Notes under the pieces: generated by a model
Told to the model about the DNA's origin: nothing
Seen by the model: only the letters and a program-made list of their open reading frames with translations
Databases searched by the model: none
Shown: piece by piece, positions 1 through 13,775 of the stretch
Layout: each line of letters starts with the position of its first letter
How positions within the stretch are numbered: the first letter of the stretch is position 1
Program-made: the position numbers and the translations under genes
DNA from: Catajapyx aquilonaris
Lineage: Eukaryota
Direction: 5' to 3'
Assembly: GCA_000934665.2 (NCBI GenBank)
Contig: KZ538926.1
Location: 1 to 39,835, forward strand
DNA length: 39,835 nucleotides

Positions 1-410
1 GAGCATTTAGACTCAAAAAAGTGCCGTTTTCAGATTTATTCTGGTGTTTGTTTGACAAGCTCTACCAGCATACCAAATTTCAGCATCCTAGGACCACTGG
101 AAGTGCCGTATAATTTTGATGATCAGTCAGTCAGTGAGTCAGTGAGTCAGTCAGTCAGTGAGTGTCATATTTTGGTCGTTTCGGGAGTTTTTAGGATTTT
201 TTAAGTCGGAAATGAAAAGAGATATGAACATGGAAGTAAGGGGGTATTATTTTTAATCGATTTTTATCTACCCAAATAAAAATTTTGAAGCCACGTGTGT
301 TCACCAGTGCGAAGATTCGAGGGGGTCAAAATGACGTGAGTTGTGTCGGGTAAAGGTGGTCCGGCAGTGCGGCGAGAACTTGGCGGGGGCACTGCCGTGC
401 CCCCTAATAC
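1..410 (+). mobile_element. Non-autonomous Helitron/Helentron-like (HINE-type) element, 3' part
   Basis: Internal (CAGT/GAGT)n microsatellite at about 124-163 and a terminal GC-rich hairpin GGGGGCACTGCCGTGCCCCC at about 385-404. This architecture is typical of insect rolling-circle non-autonomous elements. Confidence 0.55.
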
Positions 411-817
411 ATATTGGTAAGTTTTTGGAGAATCATACATAGATATTACGAATGCACGAGGCTGTTTGAAATTCTGTGTCACATAATTATTTACATTTAG
501 TTTTCTGAATGATATTTGAAATTTGAGATCACTTTTGGTTAATTTGAGAATCGTGTTCTAATAACAGTCTTTCCAAGGATCAATGCCAAACTGTAGCTGC
601 TTTGACCTGTGCCTGACTTGTTGACCAGATTTGGTGACAGCATTGATCATTCCCATCGAATGATGAGTCCTATCAGCCTTCACCATAAAGCACCTTCCTA
701 AGTACAATGTTATCTGCTAATTGTAATCCATCTGTATTGTTTTAGAGAATTTGAAGGCCTTTTTTTGTACTACTGTATTGTGTTACCCTTTTTTGCCTTG
801 TGGCAATACTAGAATTA

Positions 818-1402
818 CAGTAAAACTTCTATAAGTCGAATCTCCATGGGACCGGGAAAAAACTTCGAGATATAGAAGACTCGAGTTTGAGAAGTTTGGA
901 ATTTTTAAGCACATTAAGTCGATAAGGAAGACTACCATTATATCCAAGCGACGAAAGGTGTTCATAACTTAAAAATAACTGTCACTATCACCCTTACAAT
1001 GTTCCTCGTTGTTTTGGTGTAAAAAAATCTCCGTTATGGACATTTTCCTACTCTTAGATTCAAGGATTCAATTGTCACAATCGAGTCAATCACTTCTTTC
1101 GGTACGTCTGGTAGACGGAGATCAGGAAATTGAGCCTTTCTGTACATGTGGCTTACTCTCGACCCTTCGGCTGGGAAATGAGAAAATTTTCCGTACTCGC
1201 CAACATGAACTTGAACTTAGGGAGACTGAAAATGCATTGATATCCCATCGTAAGGCCCTGCCAGCACTTTCGAGTTATGGAGAACTTCGAGTTATAGCAA
1301 TTCGAGTTAGGGAAGTTTATTTACATTGTGACCAACCAAGCTCATAATTTTCTTCGACTTATGGAGAACTTCGACTTAGGGAAGTTCGACTTATAGAAGT
1401 TT
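818..1402. mobile_element. pogo/Tigger-like MITE
   Basis: TA + CAGTAAAACTTCTATAAGTCGAA on the left and TTCGACTTATAGAAGTTT on the right (outermost bases lost). Many internal TTCGAGTTAT/TTCGACTTA subrepeats. Confidence 0.7.
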
Positions 1403-3677
1403 AAGGGGTTGAACAGATGTGTTCCAAATTGGGTATTTCTTTTTATCACCATCATCACACAGCGACTTTTGTATACAATATACTTTTGAGCCCAAACCCT
1501 GCCAGTCTATGTTTTTGACAATCAAGGCCCCTACAGTGTAGAGTAAATAAAGATAGAAAACAGTCTTGTTGTCATGTTAAGGCTCAGCACTTATTTTTGG
1601 TGTTGACTGGTAGTACTTCTGTGGCTGAAAAACTTTGCATGACGACAATAATGAAGAGTTTTGAACACAGCCTTTCAACATCATTGCAGCAAAGTTGCGA
1701 TACATAAGCTGTGCATCCATTATGACCAAGGAAACTCAAAGGTTCTTTCTGCAAACATACCACCTTATTCTTGGAGAGGTTCACAAAATGCAATATACGT
1801 ACCGGTATGTGATCCTAAAACCAACCTTGTTAAGTGCGACCAAGAGCGAATAGTGTGAGAAAAAAGAATGCCCTGAAGTTATCAACAAACTGGGCCTAAC
1901 ATAAACTGAAAGTGTCATTTGTGTGTATTGTCAGTGGATGGCCAGTCATTATTGACTTTGCTGTGGTGGTTTCAGTTTTACTTTCAATTACTTCCCACAA
2001 TACCTTGTGCCTATAATCTGCTGCAGGGGGAACAGGAAGAGACACCAACATGACAAATGTTGCGCCAACCAGCAGTCTCATGAAATTAATGCAACTTATG
2101 ATTCCAGTTTGGGGCTTATAACGGAGAACGTTCCAATAATACCAACTGTTTGGAACGTTTGGAACGATGTGATATTTGAGCCATATTTCAGGCGTATAAT
2201 AAATATTATTACAGTGAATTGTACTATGGTAACCCATAGTACGCGTGTCCTTTACAAGGCATATGTCTTAGGGGTATGTAATATTAACATTTCAGTTTAA
2301 GACAAGTCGTCATATATCTATGGAACTTGAAAATAAGATCTGTGTCATTTTCTCATATTACAACCCCAAGTGAATAACAATATTTTGGAGTATTGTGTAT
2401 GAAAGAGTCAGAATTTTAACAATTTTGTACACTATAGCAGATGGATTAAATAGGTCCCCCCCTTCCCCAAGTGTCAAAATCAGCATAATTATTATGGACG
2501 ACGAGGACTATCAAATACTTTCATTCATATGAAAGTGATCCTGTAAACCAAATGCTGACATCTTTATAAATATGTCCAGTTACAAATATTGCAAAAGTAG
2601 ACAAGTCTCATCTACTAGTCAACTAGTGGACCAAAAGTTGACATCTGATTGGCAGAAGAGCCATATCAACTCAAACTCATGTCAGGAAGAGCAACACAAA
2701 GATACATAAGAGAGCGGGGAAAAAGAGATTCAATAATGACATGGTTTACTCGTATGTAATGGTGACCGGACATTGAGACACCAGGAGTGCCACTGCAAGG
2801 CCAAACGTTCAATGCCACTGCCTAAAATTGCCACAATAACCAATGGTGAATTAACTTATCTGAAAGCTTGGCCAGAAGATTCTTTCAGAATACACTATGG
2901 TTCTTCCCTCAAGCGGTTGTCTACCAAAAGGTCCACTAGTAGGTGAGAAAATAATGTCCAGATGTTTAGCATATTATAGCTCCTAAGCTTATTCATAACA
3001 GTGTCCTCATACAGTTCACTGGCTCTCTTTATCTTAATAAAATCATAACAACTGGAATGATAAAAACTTCCATAACAGAATGGAAGGTCTCCCCTCCCCC
3101 TCACACACACCATAAACAACACTAATGGTAATTAAAAGGCATATTAGTTGCCCCAATGCCAAGGTGTCACAATTTATTTAGAAGTAGTACATTTGCCAAT
3201 CTCGGCATATAATTACTGACTAATTCCATACTTGAAAATAATATATGGACTCTGTTAATTAACTGGACCTGATTAATATACCCACAGTTGTACAGTACTG
3301 TACTTGTTGCAGCCTAACTGGGAATTTGTACCATACCATTTGAATTGGAAAATAAGGCAAAAATTACCCCAAGGACATTTCTAATTCTCCATGTACACCT
3401 ACAGGTCTATATTTTCTAATGTTTACCATGCATGTGGCGTAAATAGGCTATGACAGATATACTGTATATAAGCAAGCATTTTGACATTACTGCCTGTATC
3501 ATTATGTGGGTAAACCCAAAATAGAGCTTGTAATGCTTGGTTATTAGTATAGCAGATAAGACACTCAACATGGATGGTCGATTCACAAACATACTGGCAT
3601 AGTGAAAGAATGTGTTCTGACTTTGGCTACCCACAAGATGATGATCAGGGCTTGAGAAAGAAAAGAATTTATTGTCT

Positions 3678-6600
3678 TCAACGAGGTCCCAGAAGATGGA
3701 GAAGTGCACTGCGATAGTCACCAGATGTCTCTCCCTGTAATTATGCAATGAAAATCGGAATCAGTGACGTTCCAGTATTGAGGCGCTGGGCTAGAACCTT
3801 CAATAATATTTACATCAATATTTATGGCATTGTCCAATTTTTCAAGTTTCACATTATTCTCTGAAGCTGATATTGAGTACGTTTACATGGGACTAAAAAT
3901 CGGCCTGACCCAGGCTTCCTAAGCAAGGCCATCGCCTTAGGTAGACCACCCGATCCAAAAGGCCTGGGCTGCGCCCGACAACGGATCAGATGAGGCCGGT
4001 CTATCGTAGGCCCAGCGGCTACATGGGAGTAAACCGGTTCGCCTAGCATAGGCTAGGCCGATTTTTAGTCCCTTGTAAATGCACTCATTGAAGGAATGTA
4101 AGGACTGCATGATACTGGGCATGCTCTATTAAGACCTTATTTGAAGGGATATCACATAGTACATCAACCAATGCTTGCTGGACACATACTTTCAGGAAGT
4201 GCTGCTGTCAAGTAATATGCTTCCTCCTGGTGCAATGGAAATTAACCTTACCGTCAAGGCGCTCTCCAGTGTCTTCCCGTACATGCGCTCAAACTCCTCC
4301 TTGATGTTCCCAAGATCTGATTCAGCACGACTGACAATGATACGAATGACAGTGGAATCCTCAGTGCCCATACCTTCCATAGCTTTATGCAGTTTGGCTG
4401 CAAAATATGCTGGTCGGCATTGCACAGACTTCACTGCAATAAAAATTATTACAATATTGATCAACATGAGTATACAATGCTTAACCATTCATTACACCTG
4501 CTGCATTATGACTAATGAATTGCTATGTGAAGGTCATGTGCATTGAAAGGATAATTATTACCAATGGCTAGAAGCCCATCATGCAATTCTCCAGTCAGCT
4601 CAGCATTAATGGCTTCCTCCAAGGTGCGTCCCGTCACTTTTTTGTACTCCTCAAAAACTAGACGCAGCTGGGCAAAGCTTTGGTGAGCCAAAATGTTATT
4701 GAATGTCTCTTCATCTGTGCCCAATTTACCCTCTCCTGCAAAAGAAATGCAGGTATCATTATCACATGTATGAAAATTTCTCCTGCATAAATATTATCAT
4801 ATTTCACATAATTATATTAGATGCTGTTATAGACTCTTGATGTACTAGTAATGCATGCAAATGTATGTCACATATTGTGTTTATTCATGTTGATGCAGCA
4901 CCCTAAAACTGTTTATTAGAGTGAATATAAAACACATGCCTGCGCCTTGGAGTGCTTGGGCAGATTCCATGGCCTGCTCATTATCAACAGGTTCGCCTTC
5001 ACGGCGGCTTCCCTGTAAATGGCAATTTAAAAACTTGGGATCTCAAGTCACTAATCTTCAAATATCCGCACCTCAAGGGCATACTTGCTTAGAATCCCAA
5101 GTCTTTTGTTTTATTATTGTCAGTCACACAAAATAAAAAAATCTGCTACAAATGATTAGAACTGGTTTGGTCACTCACTGCAATTCCATGCAAGTTCTCT
5201 ACTCCTTTTGGACTAGCTTACCAGCCTTGTGCAGTTGTTCAGTCATTTCTGGAACCAGACTGTGATTCACAGCACGTTCATCACGCACCCCCTGCAGGTG
5301 AAGTCTAATAGTATTTATCTACGTTCAATACACCCTTTTCTCATAATACCCAGACTGTACACGAATAGGCCTGCAGGAGGAGTTACAACAAAGAAAGATT
5401 TATGTTCAACCCAGTATAAGTAGAGATCATTTGAGAAAGTTAAGTCCAACGTGAACCGACGTGAACTTTCTAAGTTTGACTTGTCATGGTGGGAAGACAG
5501 TCACGTCTCTGTCACATTGCTGTAAACAACCAATGCAACATTCAAAATTTTGATACTAACTTGGGAAAAAATTATTCATACAATATGTACAGTACGTGTA
5601 GATTGACACTAACTCATGATGATATCCTTTGGCTACTCACAGTGCAACAGAGAAGTGGGGCCATGCAAGAAAAATAACTTCTCAATAAATCACTCTGCAA
5701 TGACTTTGGGCCAGTTGCATGATTGATAGTAAACCCAGAATATGTGTGAATAACTTAGACGAATCAACACTTTTTCTGGATTTACCTTTGATCATGCAAC
5801 CAGCCCTTATTCTCATTTTCATCTGGTTCTCATAATATCCTCCTTCTGTTGTCCCATATTACCTGTGCTTTACTTGTTTGTTGTACTGCACAGTAAAGCT
5901 AAGTTCAGCTAGGTTAAAATGACTATTAAATATCGTGTCGTTGCAAATAGAAAACCTGCTGTCATCTTATGTACAGTATACCACCCTGATATTTGCTAAT
6001 CACATCAGGCTCATTTTGAGCAAGCCTGAGAAAATCAGGCGTGGCTTATACAGTATTTCCCTCATGAAGAACTTCTGCCATTGTACCCAGTATGCTGAAC
6101 TGAGAGTTCCAAAATGAAATGTGAATTGTCATTTTTGCTTCAAAAAGTATTAACTTTGACTGCCCAACGAAACCCATGCCATCAGCTCCAGATTTCTACC
6201 TCAGTCAACGTTACCCCAAAGTAGGGAAATTTTGACCACATTAAAATGTAATTTTCCCCTGCATGTGTAAATGCTGATCCGTTGCTCTAACTTCTTTCAC
6301 AAGAAGTCTCAATGTCATCCCCTACTTTGATTTTTTTTTCTGCTAGTACACGAAAAACTAGCCCAAGTATCCCCCGTCTTACGTTAGTGTATGCAGTACT
6401 ACATAATATAATTTACATTTACACTTACATTATAATTTACATGATTTACACAGGTTCATGTTCCTGAATCAAAATTAATGTGTTGAGCAATAGCATTAAT
6501 GAACTCCTAATGTAAGCAAAAAGTGGTCATTTGTTACATTTGTGGCATAGAACATAGTGACGAAATGGTAATACATTGTAACCATACATTTCCATCTCTA

Positions 6601-8698
6601 ATAGAAGAACATTTCAGATATTGCTAATTACCCCATTATTTGTCATTGGCAGTCAATACAAAGAACCCCAAGTCAGGAGTCTTCCACTCAGGTTCATCTA
6701 TAGCTTAACCTTAAGATGCATGGCATAATAGGCATACGTACAGTCACCATCAAAACCAACAAGCGTCGGAAGTCACCAGAAGTTTCTTTGGTGATCTCAT
6801 GCTCCACAGTCTTTCCATATTCTGAATAAAAAATAGAAAAAAAACTATGAAATTGTATCTTACATTTTTGTTTACATTTGATGACCTTACTCTTTAGAAA
6901 CGCCTCATTGATCTGTCGAATTTCTTCGTTGTTCCTGGTGCACAATACCTCGACCAGCACATCTTCATCCGTACCAATCCTGGACATTGCGTCATGCAAC
7001 TCTTCCGCCAAGTAGTAAGCCACAGGAAGCATCAAGCCCAAAACTACCTTCTCAAACTTCCCACCCAGTTCACTCTTCAAGTCCTTCACAAGATCCTGAA
7101 AATGCCCAAACCCTACTTTAGCGCTAATGTGTATTGATTTATTATTGTAGCAACGTGCATTAACAGATATTACTTCTCAACATATGGCACCATATGTCAA
7201 ACATTTGATATCACAAAGAACAGATGTACACACCTGTTAAATTGATAATCTGAAAAGGATAGCATCATAATTATAGCAACTTCTTTCATGTGAATTTTTT
7301 CTGTGGTAACATTGGAGACATACTGTACATTAACTTGTGAGTGTTGGCATTTTGGATACATCATGATTTCCAAGCAGTGAGATCGGTCAAAGGTCATGCA
7401 TCTGGATTGGAAACTCGGACTTGGCAGGTTTCCAATGGGGTAAGTTTCGGGGGGGGGGGGGGGGGTGGCACCCCAATATACTCCTGGTCGAAATAGGAAA
7501 AGATTGGGACTTACCCTGTGACAATTTCTTCTACATTCTGCCCACAGATTCGTTCACACCAGAGCATCAAAATATCACTTAATTTTGTTTATGCAGTGTA
7601 GCCTACAATATTGGTTTGTTATCTTGTCCATAGCACTCAATCCTCAAAGTTAACTTCCCATTAAGTGACAGGAGGCAAAGCAAATTGGTTCCGATTTTGA
7701 ATATTATGGCCGAGGTATCAAATAACCGGATAAAGGACGCACGCTAGGCTTTACCTCCAGGAAAAAAGCATCAGTTGACGGTCTGACTTTGAATATATAA
7801 AAGGTTGAATAAATAATTGATTGAGGGTCGGCCTACCATACAAAAAATTGAGCGTACATACACGAATATACACATATAGTTTATGAGTATCGTAGTTCGT
7901 AGAGAATTCTTTCTCATAAGATACCATTTTTAAAATGCTCATATATGCTCTTGAACTATCATGCCTATACCTATCGTTGTTTGGTGTTTCTTGATATTAG
8001 GTGATCTGGATTGAATTAGCATGCAATCAAAAGGTACTGCACGAATTGAGAAGTACCGGTCTTGGAGGATCGAACTCGGGACCCTTCCATCCGCGAGCGC
8101 GTTATCGCAGCGCCACTCTGCCTCGCCATAGGCCTATGACTCTATGAGACAGAGAATATCCTGCTAGCTAGGCAACCCCTCTGTCATGACAGGATATTCA
8201 TTTTTTTAAGCAATTTTCTCGCCAATTCCCGAGCCAATTCCAGTAAAATATTTCATCAAATCAACACGAAAAAAATACACTAAGCATTGCTGTTTAAAAT
8301 TAGTTGAAATAACATCCCCAAATCTATTATAGGTGCTATTTCGAGATAACCCAGGCTCAGCATTTTTTTTTTTTTTAAGTTTAATAATTGACAGACTACA
8401 CATGTCAAACGTATGTAAATGAAAGGACGTACACGACCAAACTCGTTCTTATAGGCTTGCTCAATCTGCAGACGTTGGCTGTTGGACCTCTTGCATAACA
8501 CCTCGATGATAGCTTTCTCATCAGTTCCAAAACCCTTCATGGCACCCCTGAGTGCTCGTGCATCTTCCAATGGATCCATCCCCGCCAGAGGAACCACCGT
8601 TGGCTTTTCCTGTCAACATAACCCCCAATCAATTCAGAACTCATAATCAATTCATGATCAATCAACCAACACTAATTACTCACCAAGTATTGGGCCAT
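3678..8698 (-). CDS. AnxB10: Annexin B10-like, complete spliced CDS of about 320 aa. Exons: 8684-8698, 8433-8609, 6891-7095, 6742-6821, 4940-5012, 4562-4735, 4252-4433, 3678-3734
   Basis: Exons join in frame (963 nt): MAQYL|EKPTVVP...[13 protein letters not shown]...|[17 protein letters not shown]...[13 protein letters not shown]|...[15 protein letters not shown]|...[32 protein letters not shown]...|...[27 protein letters not shown]...|[18 protein letters not shown]. Four annexin repeats and a very short N-terminus; resembles Drosophila AnxB10 from memory. All introns are GT-AG except one GC-AG. Confidence 0.9.
3875..4086. mobile_element. PIF/Harbinger-type MITE in the last AnxB10 intron
   Basis: About 32-bp TIRs GAGTACGTTTACATGGGACTAAAAATCGGCCT / AGGCCGATTTTTAGTCCCTTGTAAATGCACTC, with a 3-bp TSD ATT on both sides. 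Confidence 0.8.
5708..5806. mobile_element. Short Harbinger-like MITE
   Basis: Imperfect TIRs GGGCCAGTTGCATGAT / ATCATGCAACCAGCCC, flanked by TTT and TTA. Confidence 0.55.
8035..8127 (-). mobile_element. tRNA-derived SINE head fragment
   Basis: Minus strand GGCGAGGCAGAGTGGCGCTGCGATAACG...GAGTTCGATCCTC with A/B-box-like motifs; resembles the head of the SINE at 26962-27388. Confidence 0.55.
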
Positions 8699-10495
8699 TG
8701 TTAGAGAGAGTCTTGGTAAACAAGCTGACTGATGTGATCCAGTCCAGTCCTAAGGGGGTAATAACGAGACTCAATGAAAGCTGTGGAGGCTAGGATCGAT
8801 AGATGGATGAGGGGGGGTGTTCAAGATGAGCACTCTGACCAAGGACGGTTTCAGTTTCCAAAGAGTGGGGTTGCACTATTTTTATGACCGGATGTCGCTA
8901 AGATAAGATGGGGTCAGCAGGTGTTGGCTTGTGGTTCCACGCTGTTTTTTTTGGTGCATGTGCAGCAGGATACAATCAGTAACACTAACCATACAAGAAT
9001 GGTGTGTTGGTGCGACATTAGAAAGTTGTTTTGAGAACCATGCTTTCCAAATGGTGTTATCGTGTTGTAGGCTATCCTCCGAATACTCCTAGCTTTATGA
9101 GGGGGCAGAGCATATGTAAGGTGTAGCCTGCAGCATAGTTGATCTCATTCCTGTAACACCCAGTGAAACTCAAGCTCCGTCTCGGAAACAATATTAGGCT
9201 ATTTCCGGCTTCTCGCGGCATATTACCGCGGACCGTGGCGACGATTTTCCACGGCAATATGCCGTGTACCAGTACCTATAATATTTGCAACGAGAAACAG
9301 TTCCAAACACTTGCTTTATTCAGACCACATAGCCTACGATAACATCGACAGTCCAGGTCTCTAGGAAATGTGTGGCGCGAAACTTAGACACACATATTCA
9401 ATTGCAGTCTATCGATGACGTCGATGCCGGATATAATAAATGGCTTGTTGACCTTGTAAGCAAAAGCAAGGAAATAGTGCAACGAGGTCTGGGACGATAT
9501 GAAACCGCTTGTTGCATAATATGACAGCTACTTGGCATCTACTGTGTATTTACATGACTGCGGGGTCGCAGATGTCGTTGTGACCTGTTGTCTCGTAACT
9601 GACACGAGCCATATGGAGGTCATACTAACATTCGGTATAAGACCAGACTGCAGCAGAATAATAAAAGTGCTTCGTCGACCGCAACTGAGTCACATCCTTC
9701 TGGTCGTCAAAATGATTACGTCCTAACTCCGCCTGCAATTGGGATATGCTGAGCATTTGGTTAGTTCATAGTTATTTTTAAAGCGAACATGAACTGTATT
9801 CTGGTCCGCATGCCATTTCCTGGAAACCTACAGTAAGCTCGGATTACCGTGCCAACAGGCAGGGAACACACCATAAGAGATATGTGAGTCGATGTCACGA
9901 TGTCTAGACGAACTATGGATGCAACAGGATCCGAGAACAATAGCCGGCTCTGAGTTAATTTCCGTAACACATGTGGACAAAGTTCATAACGTGCTCCCCA
10001 TGTTACGTAATGCCGGTAGGTGTGCATATGGAAATGACAACTGGGGTTGAAAAATTTGGGGAAGGGGAATTGGCCAACACTGCCAAGAATGCTGCCAGCT
10101 ATAAATATAGCACTATACCCAAATGGCAAATGCCAGGATGGCAGCAGATGTGTGCCCATCATTTAAAAAAAAGTTGAACAGGGTGTCACAGTTTCGCGTA
10201 AATTTTACACAAATTCTTGCTGTACTGAGCATGTCAACTAAGGTATTGATCTCCGTGTTTTTAAAAGGCTTACAAGGCATATAATGATTCACTGAAATCG
10301 CCTGATTAGTTGAAGCCATTGACTGTCACGAAATCCCGTCATCATATTGGGTGCAAAATAAAGAAAAATATAAACATGATCAATGCTCGTAATACAACTT
10401 GAATTTCCCGCGAATTGAGTAATCATGTTCGTATTTGCAGCATGCAGCAGGTGAATCAAGTGCAGGGGCAGAGTGGGTAGTGTCGATATACAGTA

Positions 10496-10580
10496 CTCAC
10501 CGGTCGGCTTCCTGGTTGTCACAGCTCCTGCTTTTCTAAGGTCTCGGGTGTGGCGCCTGTCACGTGACTGACGTCATTGC
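10496..10580 (-). promoter_or_regulatory. Probable AnxB10 promoter and non-coding first exon: E-box/CLEAR palindrome plus CRE palindrome, followed by a GTGAGT donor
   Basis: GTCACGTGAC at 10559-10568 abuts TGACGTCA at 10569-10576. A minus-strand CCG|GTGAGT donor lies at about 10501. A plausible acceptor (ttattacccccttag) lies at about 8750, just upstream of the AnxB10 ATG. Confidence 0.5.
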
Positions 10581-10977
10581 GGCAGGCATTCACACTAGTT
10601 ACCAGTTAGCTAGACTTCATTAGTTTCAGGCTAATTGAATGATTTCAAGATAGCAGGCTGTGGCCCATAACTGATGGATAATTCCCAGGATTTTAAACAT
10701 GAGAACATAAGGCCATGATGAAAATGAGGCAGGTCCGGTGGTCCTCTTTTTTTCCCAGAAGAGATGCTACTTGCAATTTAGTAGGTGTTGATCATTCGTG
10801 AAGGAAAATAAATTATTGCAATAAGACTAGGATAATCACGTTTATTGAAATACTTTGATTAATTTAAATGATTGTGTAACAAGACTTTCCAACATTAATC
10901 TTCTTACAATTCCGAAAATCAGCGTGATGTACTGTACTGTACATTATTATGGACAATTTCATAGTCTAATTTATTAT

Positions 10978-11099
10978 CCTCCTGAGACCCGGAGTACAGT
11001 ATACTGTACCTTTGTTTTTGTTTTTTTACGCGTTTGAATTAGTCAGAAGGTGCTGGAAAAAACAAAGGTACAGTATACTGTACCAGGGGTCTCAGGAGT
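10978..11099. mobile_element. Small fold-back MITE with CCTCCTGAGACCC termini (piggyBac-like)
   Basis: Arms CTCCTGAGACCC..GTACAGTATACTGTACCTTTGTTTTT and their reverse complement. Same terminal motif as 27751-28669. Confidence 0.65.
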
Positions 11100-11530
11100 G
11101 ATTGTCGCAAGCTTTTTTTTTTACCTACTCTCGTCAGATTTACGCATCGCTTCACTTGTCAAATGAAGACAGCATTGATACATGTATCCAACCTTAGTAG
11201 GCTACTGATGTACTGGAATCAAAAGAATTGTGGGAAGACTCATTCCCTCACTCAGACATATGCAACCCACAACATTTTGAGTTAAATAAAAATATACTTA
11301 CATAACATAATGTTGCATGAAGATCCACTTACGCATGTCAGGAGCTGCCTGTATTCAGCAACTAGTAATTAAATCATAACCAATCAACCAACCAAATTGG
11401 AATCCACATAAAATCTAAATGAAAAATAGAATGTGAAAAGTACAGATGGAACTGTTATCTACGATCATTTGCTATCACCAGAAAATCAGCAACACTGCCT
11501 ATTCCACATAGGACCCTTATTCTTATGGCA

Positions 11531-11691
11531 CAGTATTGGACATTAATCACGTTGTACTGCTAGCGACATTTCCGAAGCGGCAGAACAACAAATCTTGCTC
11601 GCAAGGCTTGCACTATCCATTTTTCTATTCGTTCTTCTGCCGCTTCGGAAAATGTCGCTAGCAGGATGGTGCTTATTAATGTCCAACACTG
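11531..11691. mobile_element. Tc1-like MITE
   Basis: TIRs CAGTATTGGACATTAAT / ATTAATGTCCAACACTG and inner arms CTGCTAGCGACATTTCCGAAGCGGCAGAA; TA on the right flank. Confidence 0.65.
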
Positions 11692-13775
11692 TAGACAGGG
11701 GTGGTAGGGAAGGCCTGTTGCTTTTCACACTACTGTTGGATTCCTGTGTTTACGTGAAGGAAAGCCTGACTAAATCATTGCCACATTGCGCTACTTAATC
11801 TCACCCCCACCCCAACCTCACCACCTGTCCTTCTGCCAGTCTGAAATCATTCTGAAATTAAGGAAGCATTCAGCTAGGGTAGGGGAGCCAAGGGGTGGAC
11901 ATACTGAGAATGGAATATAAAGCAGGAATCAGCAAGGAGTACCTGCATTGCACATGTCATCTCTTAAATCAATAATAAAATTACTTGGGGAGAGAGGTAG
12001 AGGAAATGTGTGTTGGTTCAGAGACTCGTTGGCAGACAAATCTCACACAGGCAGCTTGCAGACGACTCATGAAACAGATGTGATCCAATTAGGAAATTAG
12101 CTTCACCGGAAGCTTCTTAGCCAGCATGGGACCACTACAGGTTCTTCAACACCTCATTTAAATGTTGGTACCAGTACCTTTCTGATAAAAATAATACATG
12201 TCAAAATTGAAGTACAAGTAGACATTCCCAGTGGGTAGCAGTTTCAAAGTGCACAAGATGACAGCCAGTAATAAAGGTGAGAGAGAAGAGGTAGGAACAC
12301 TTCATTATGAAAATAAAACCCTTTTTAATGCCTGAACCACATATATATTGTACTGTATATTGAAACAACAGCCATAAAACTCTCCGAAATGTCAACATGC
12401 AATGTTATAATATCTTACTAACCACACTACGATCCAACTTTCCCATAAACATATACTGCATAAAAGTGATTTATCAGCATAACCATAAAGCACACAGAAC
12501 TGAAGCATTAAGTGCATGTGCATATTATCTATTCCGATATCAAATCTTGCAATGTATGGAGGAAGCTCTAACTTCAGAATATTAAAACCTGAAAACTGAA
12601 ATGATACTGTCAGATTAAGCACCTGTATAGTAATAATAAAATGCCATTGACATTTCATTAAGTACATGTGGAACGGTTCGTATTTTGTTCGTGATTAACA
12701 GTCTTTGAAATCGAAGGTGAAATATTCTTACATTTATATAAAAAAATACCATTATTTTAGTACTCCTGAAATGAGGCAGCGCTTTGGAAAAACCTAGGAG
12801 AATTTCCAACTAGTTAAAAATATGGCATCATTGTGCAAAATACCCCAGAAATCCTGTAAAGAGCTGATGGCAAAGTGGCACATATTTGAAGTTGACCAGA
12901 AAAAGCTGTGAGTAAGCTCATGGACACTTTCCAGTAAAAGAAACAATCTACGAATGCTCAGATGTTCATGAAATAGTGTATTCCCAGTAAAATGAATGCC
13001 ATTATAACAAAAATCATTGCATTAACTATCATTTTGGCACTGGCAAAAGCCCCAAAGTAATGCTCAAATTACTTCATTTTCATAATAAATCTCATATCTC
13101 AAAAGCATGCATATGTCTAGCTATTAAACAAGATTTTTTTTCAAATGGTGCCAAGTTTTATTATAGGGGTTCCAACAAGGTTTTGTAGAAAGAATCCCCC
13201 AACAACAAAAATTTTTCATGCCGATACCTCTATGGTAGGAGGTGCCATGGTTTAGTTGGCATCTCAAGTCAGCACAGAGTAGCTACTGATTTTCTGTGGG
13301 TTTTAATGAAGTTTTGGCATCGCATTTTCAAATACGCATTTGAACGTCACTAGATTAAAATATTTTTGAAAGGCTCAATTTAATATATGTGATTTGTGAC
13401 CTCGAGTTTCCACTCACCAGTAGAACACAGAATCTGACATTTTTGATGTCCTCAGTATGTTTCAGGGATCAGAAATACTGCTTACTCTCAGCTTTTCAAT
13501 CACTACAGTTTCATGGGACATTGTTGCTCCCAAGGCACACCACTTTGTGCACATCTTGTACTGGTCCATTTCATGGAAAAAAAATGGCTGTAACACTAAA
13601 TTTTCCACCTATAATATTAGCACCTAATGTCTTGCATACTACAGAATAATACGAACCTCCTCTATTCAATAAGCACATAATAAGCAACTAAGTAACATAT
13701 TATAGCACATGAGAAGGTAGTTAGTAGAGGCCTTCCTGAGTGGAATGTTTGAAGTGTTGGTGGCCTGGCAATGTC

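Noticed and set aside
124..163. Regular short repeats here and the TTCGAGTTA repeats at 820-1400 as a CRISPR-like array
   Set aside because: A microsatellite and MITE subterminal repeats; no unique spacers, no cas genes, eukaryotic context.
1661..1858. ORF ending VCDPKTNLVKCDQERIV, faintly like the SMG1 RDPKTGKAVQERN motif
   Set aside because: Opposite strand, far from SMG1, no further similarity and no splice context; most likely chance.
1896..2300. Overlapping ORFs of about 100 aa downstream of AnxB10
   Set aside because: No recognisable domain or exon structure.
7449..7465. Poly-G tract (also at about 22096-22108) as a functional G4
   Set aside because: Simple homopolymers, one next to the assembly gap; length unreliable.
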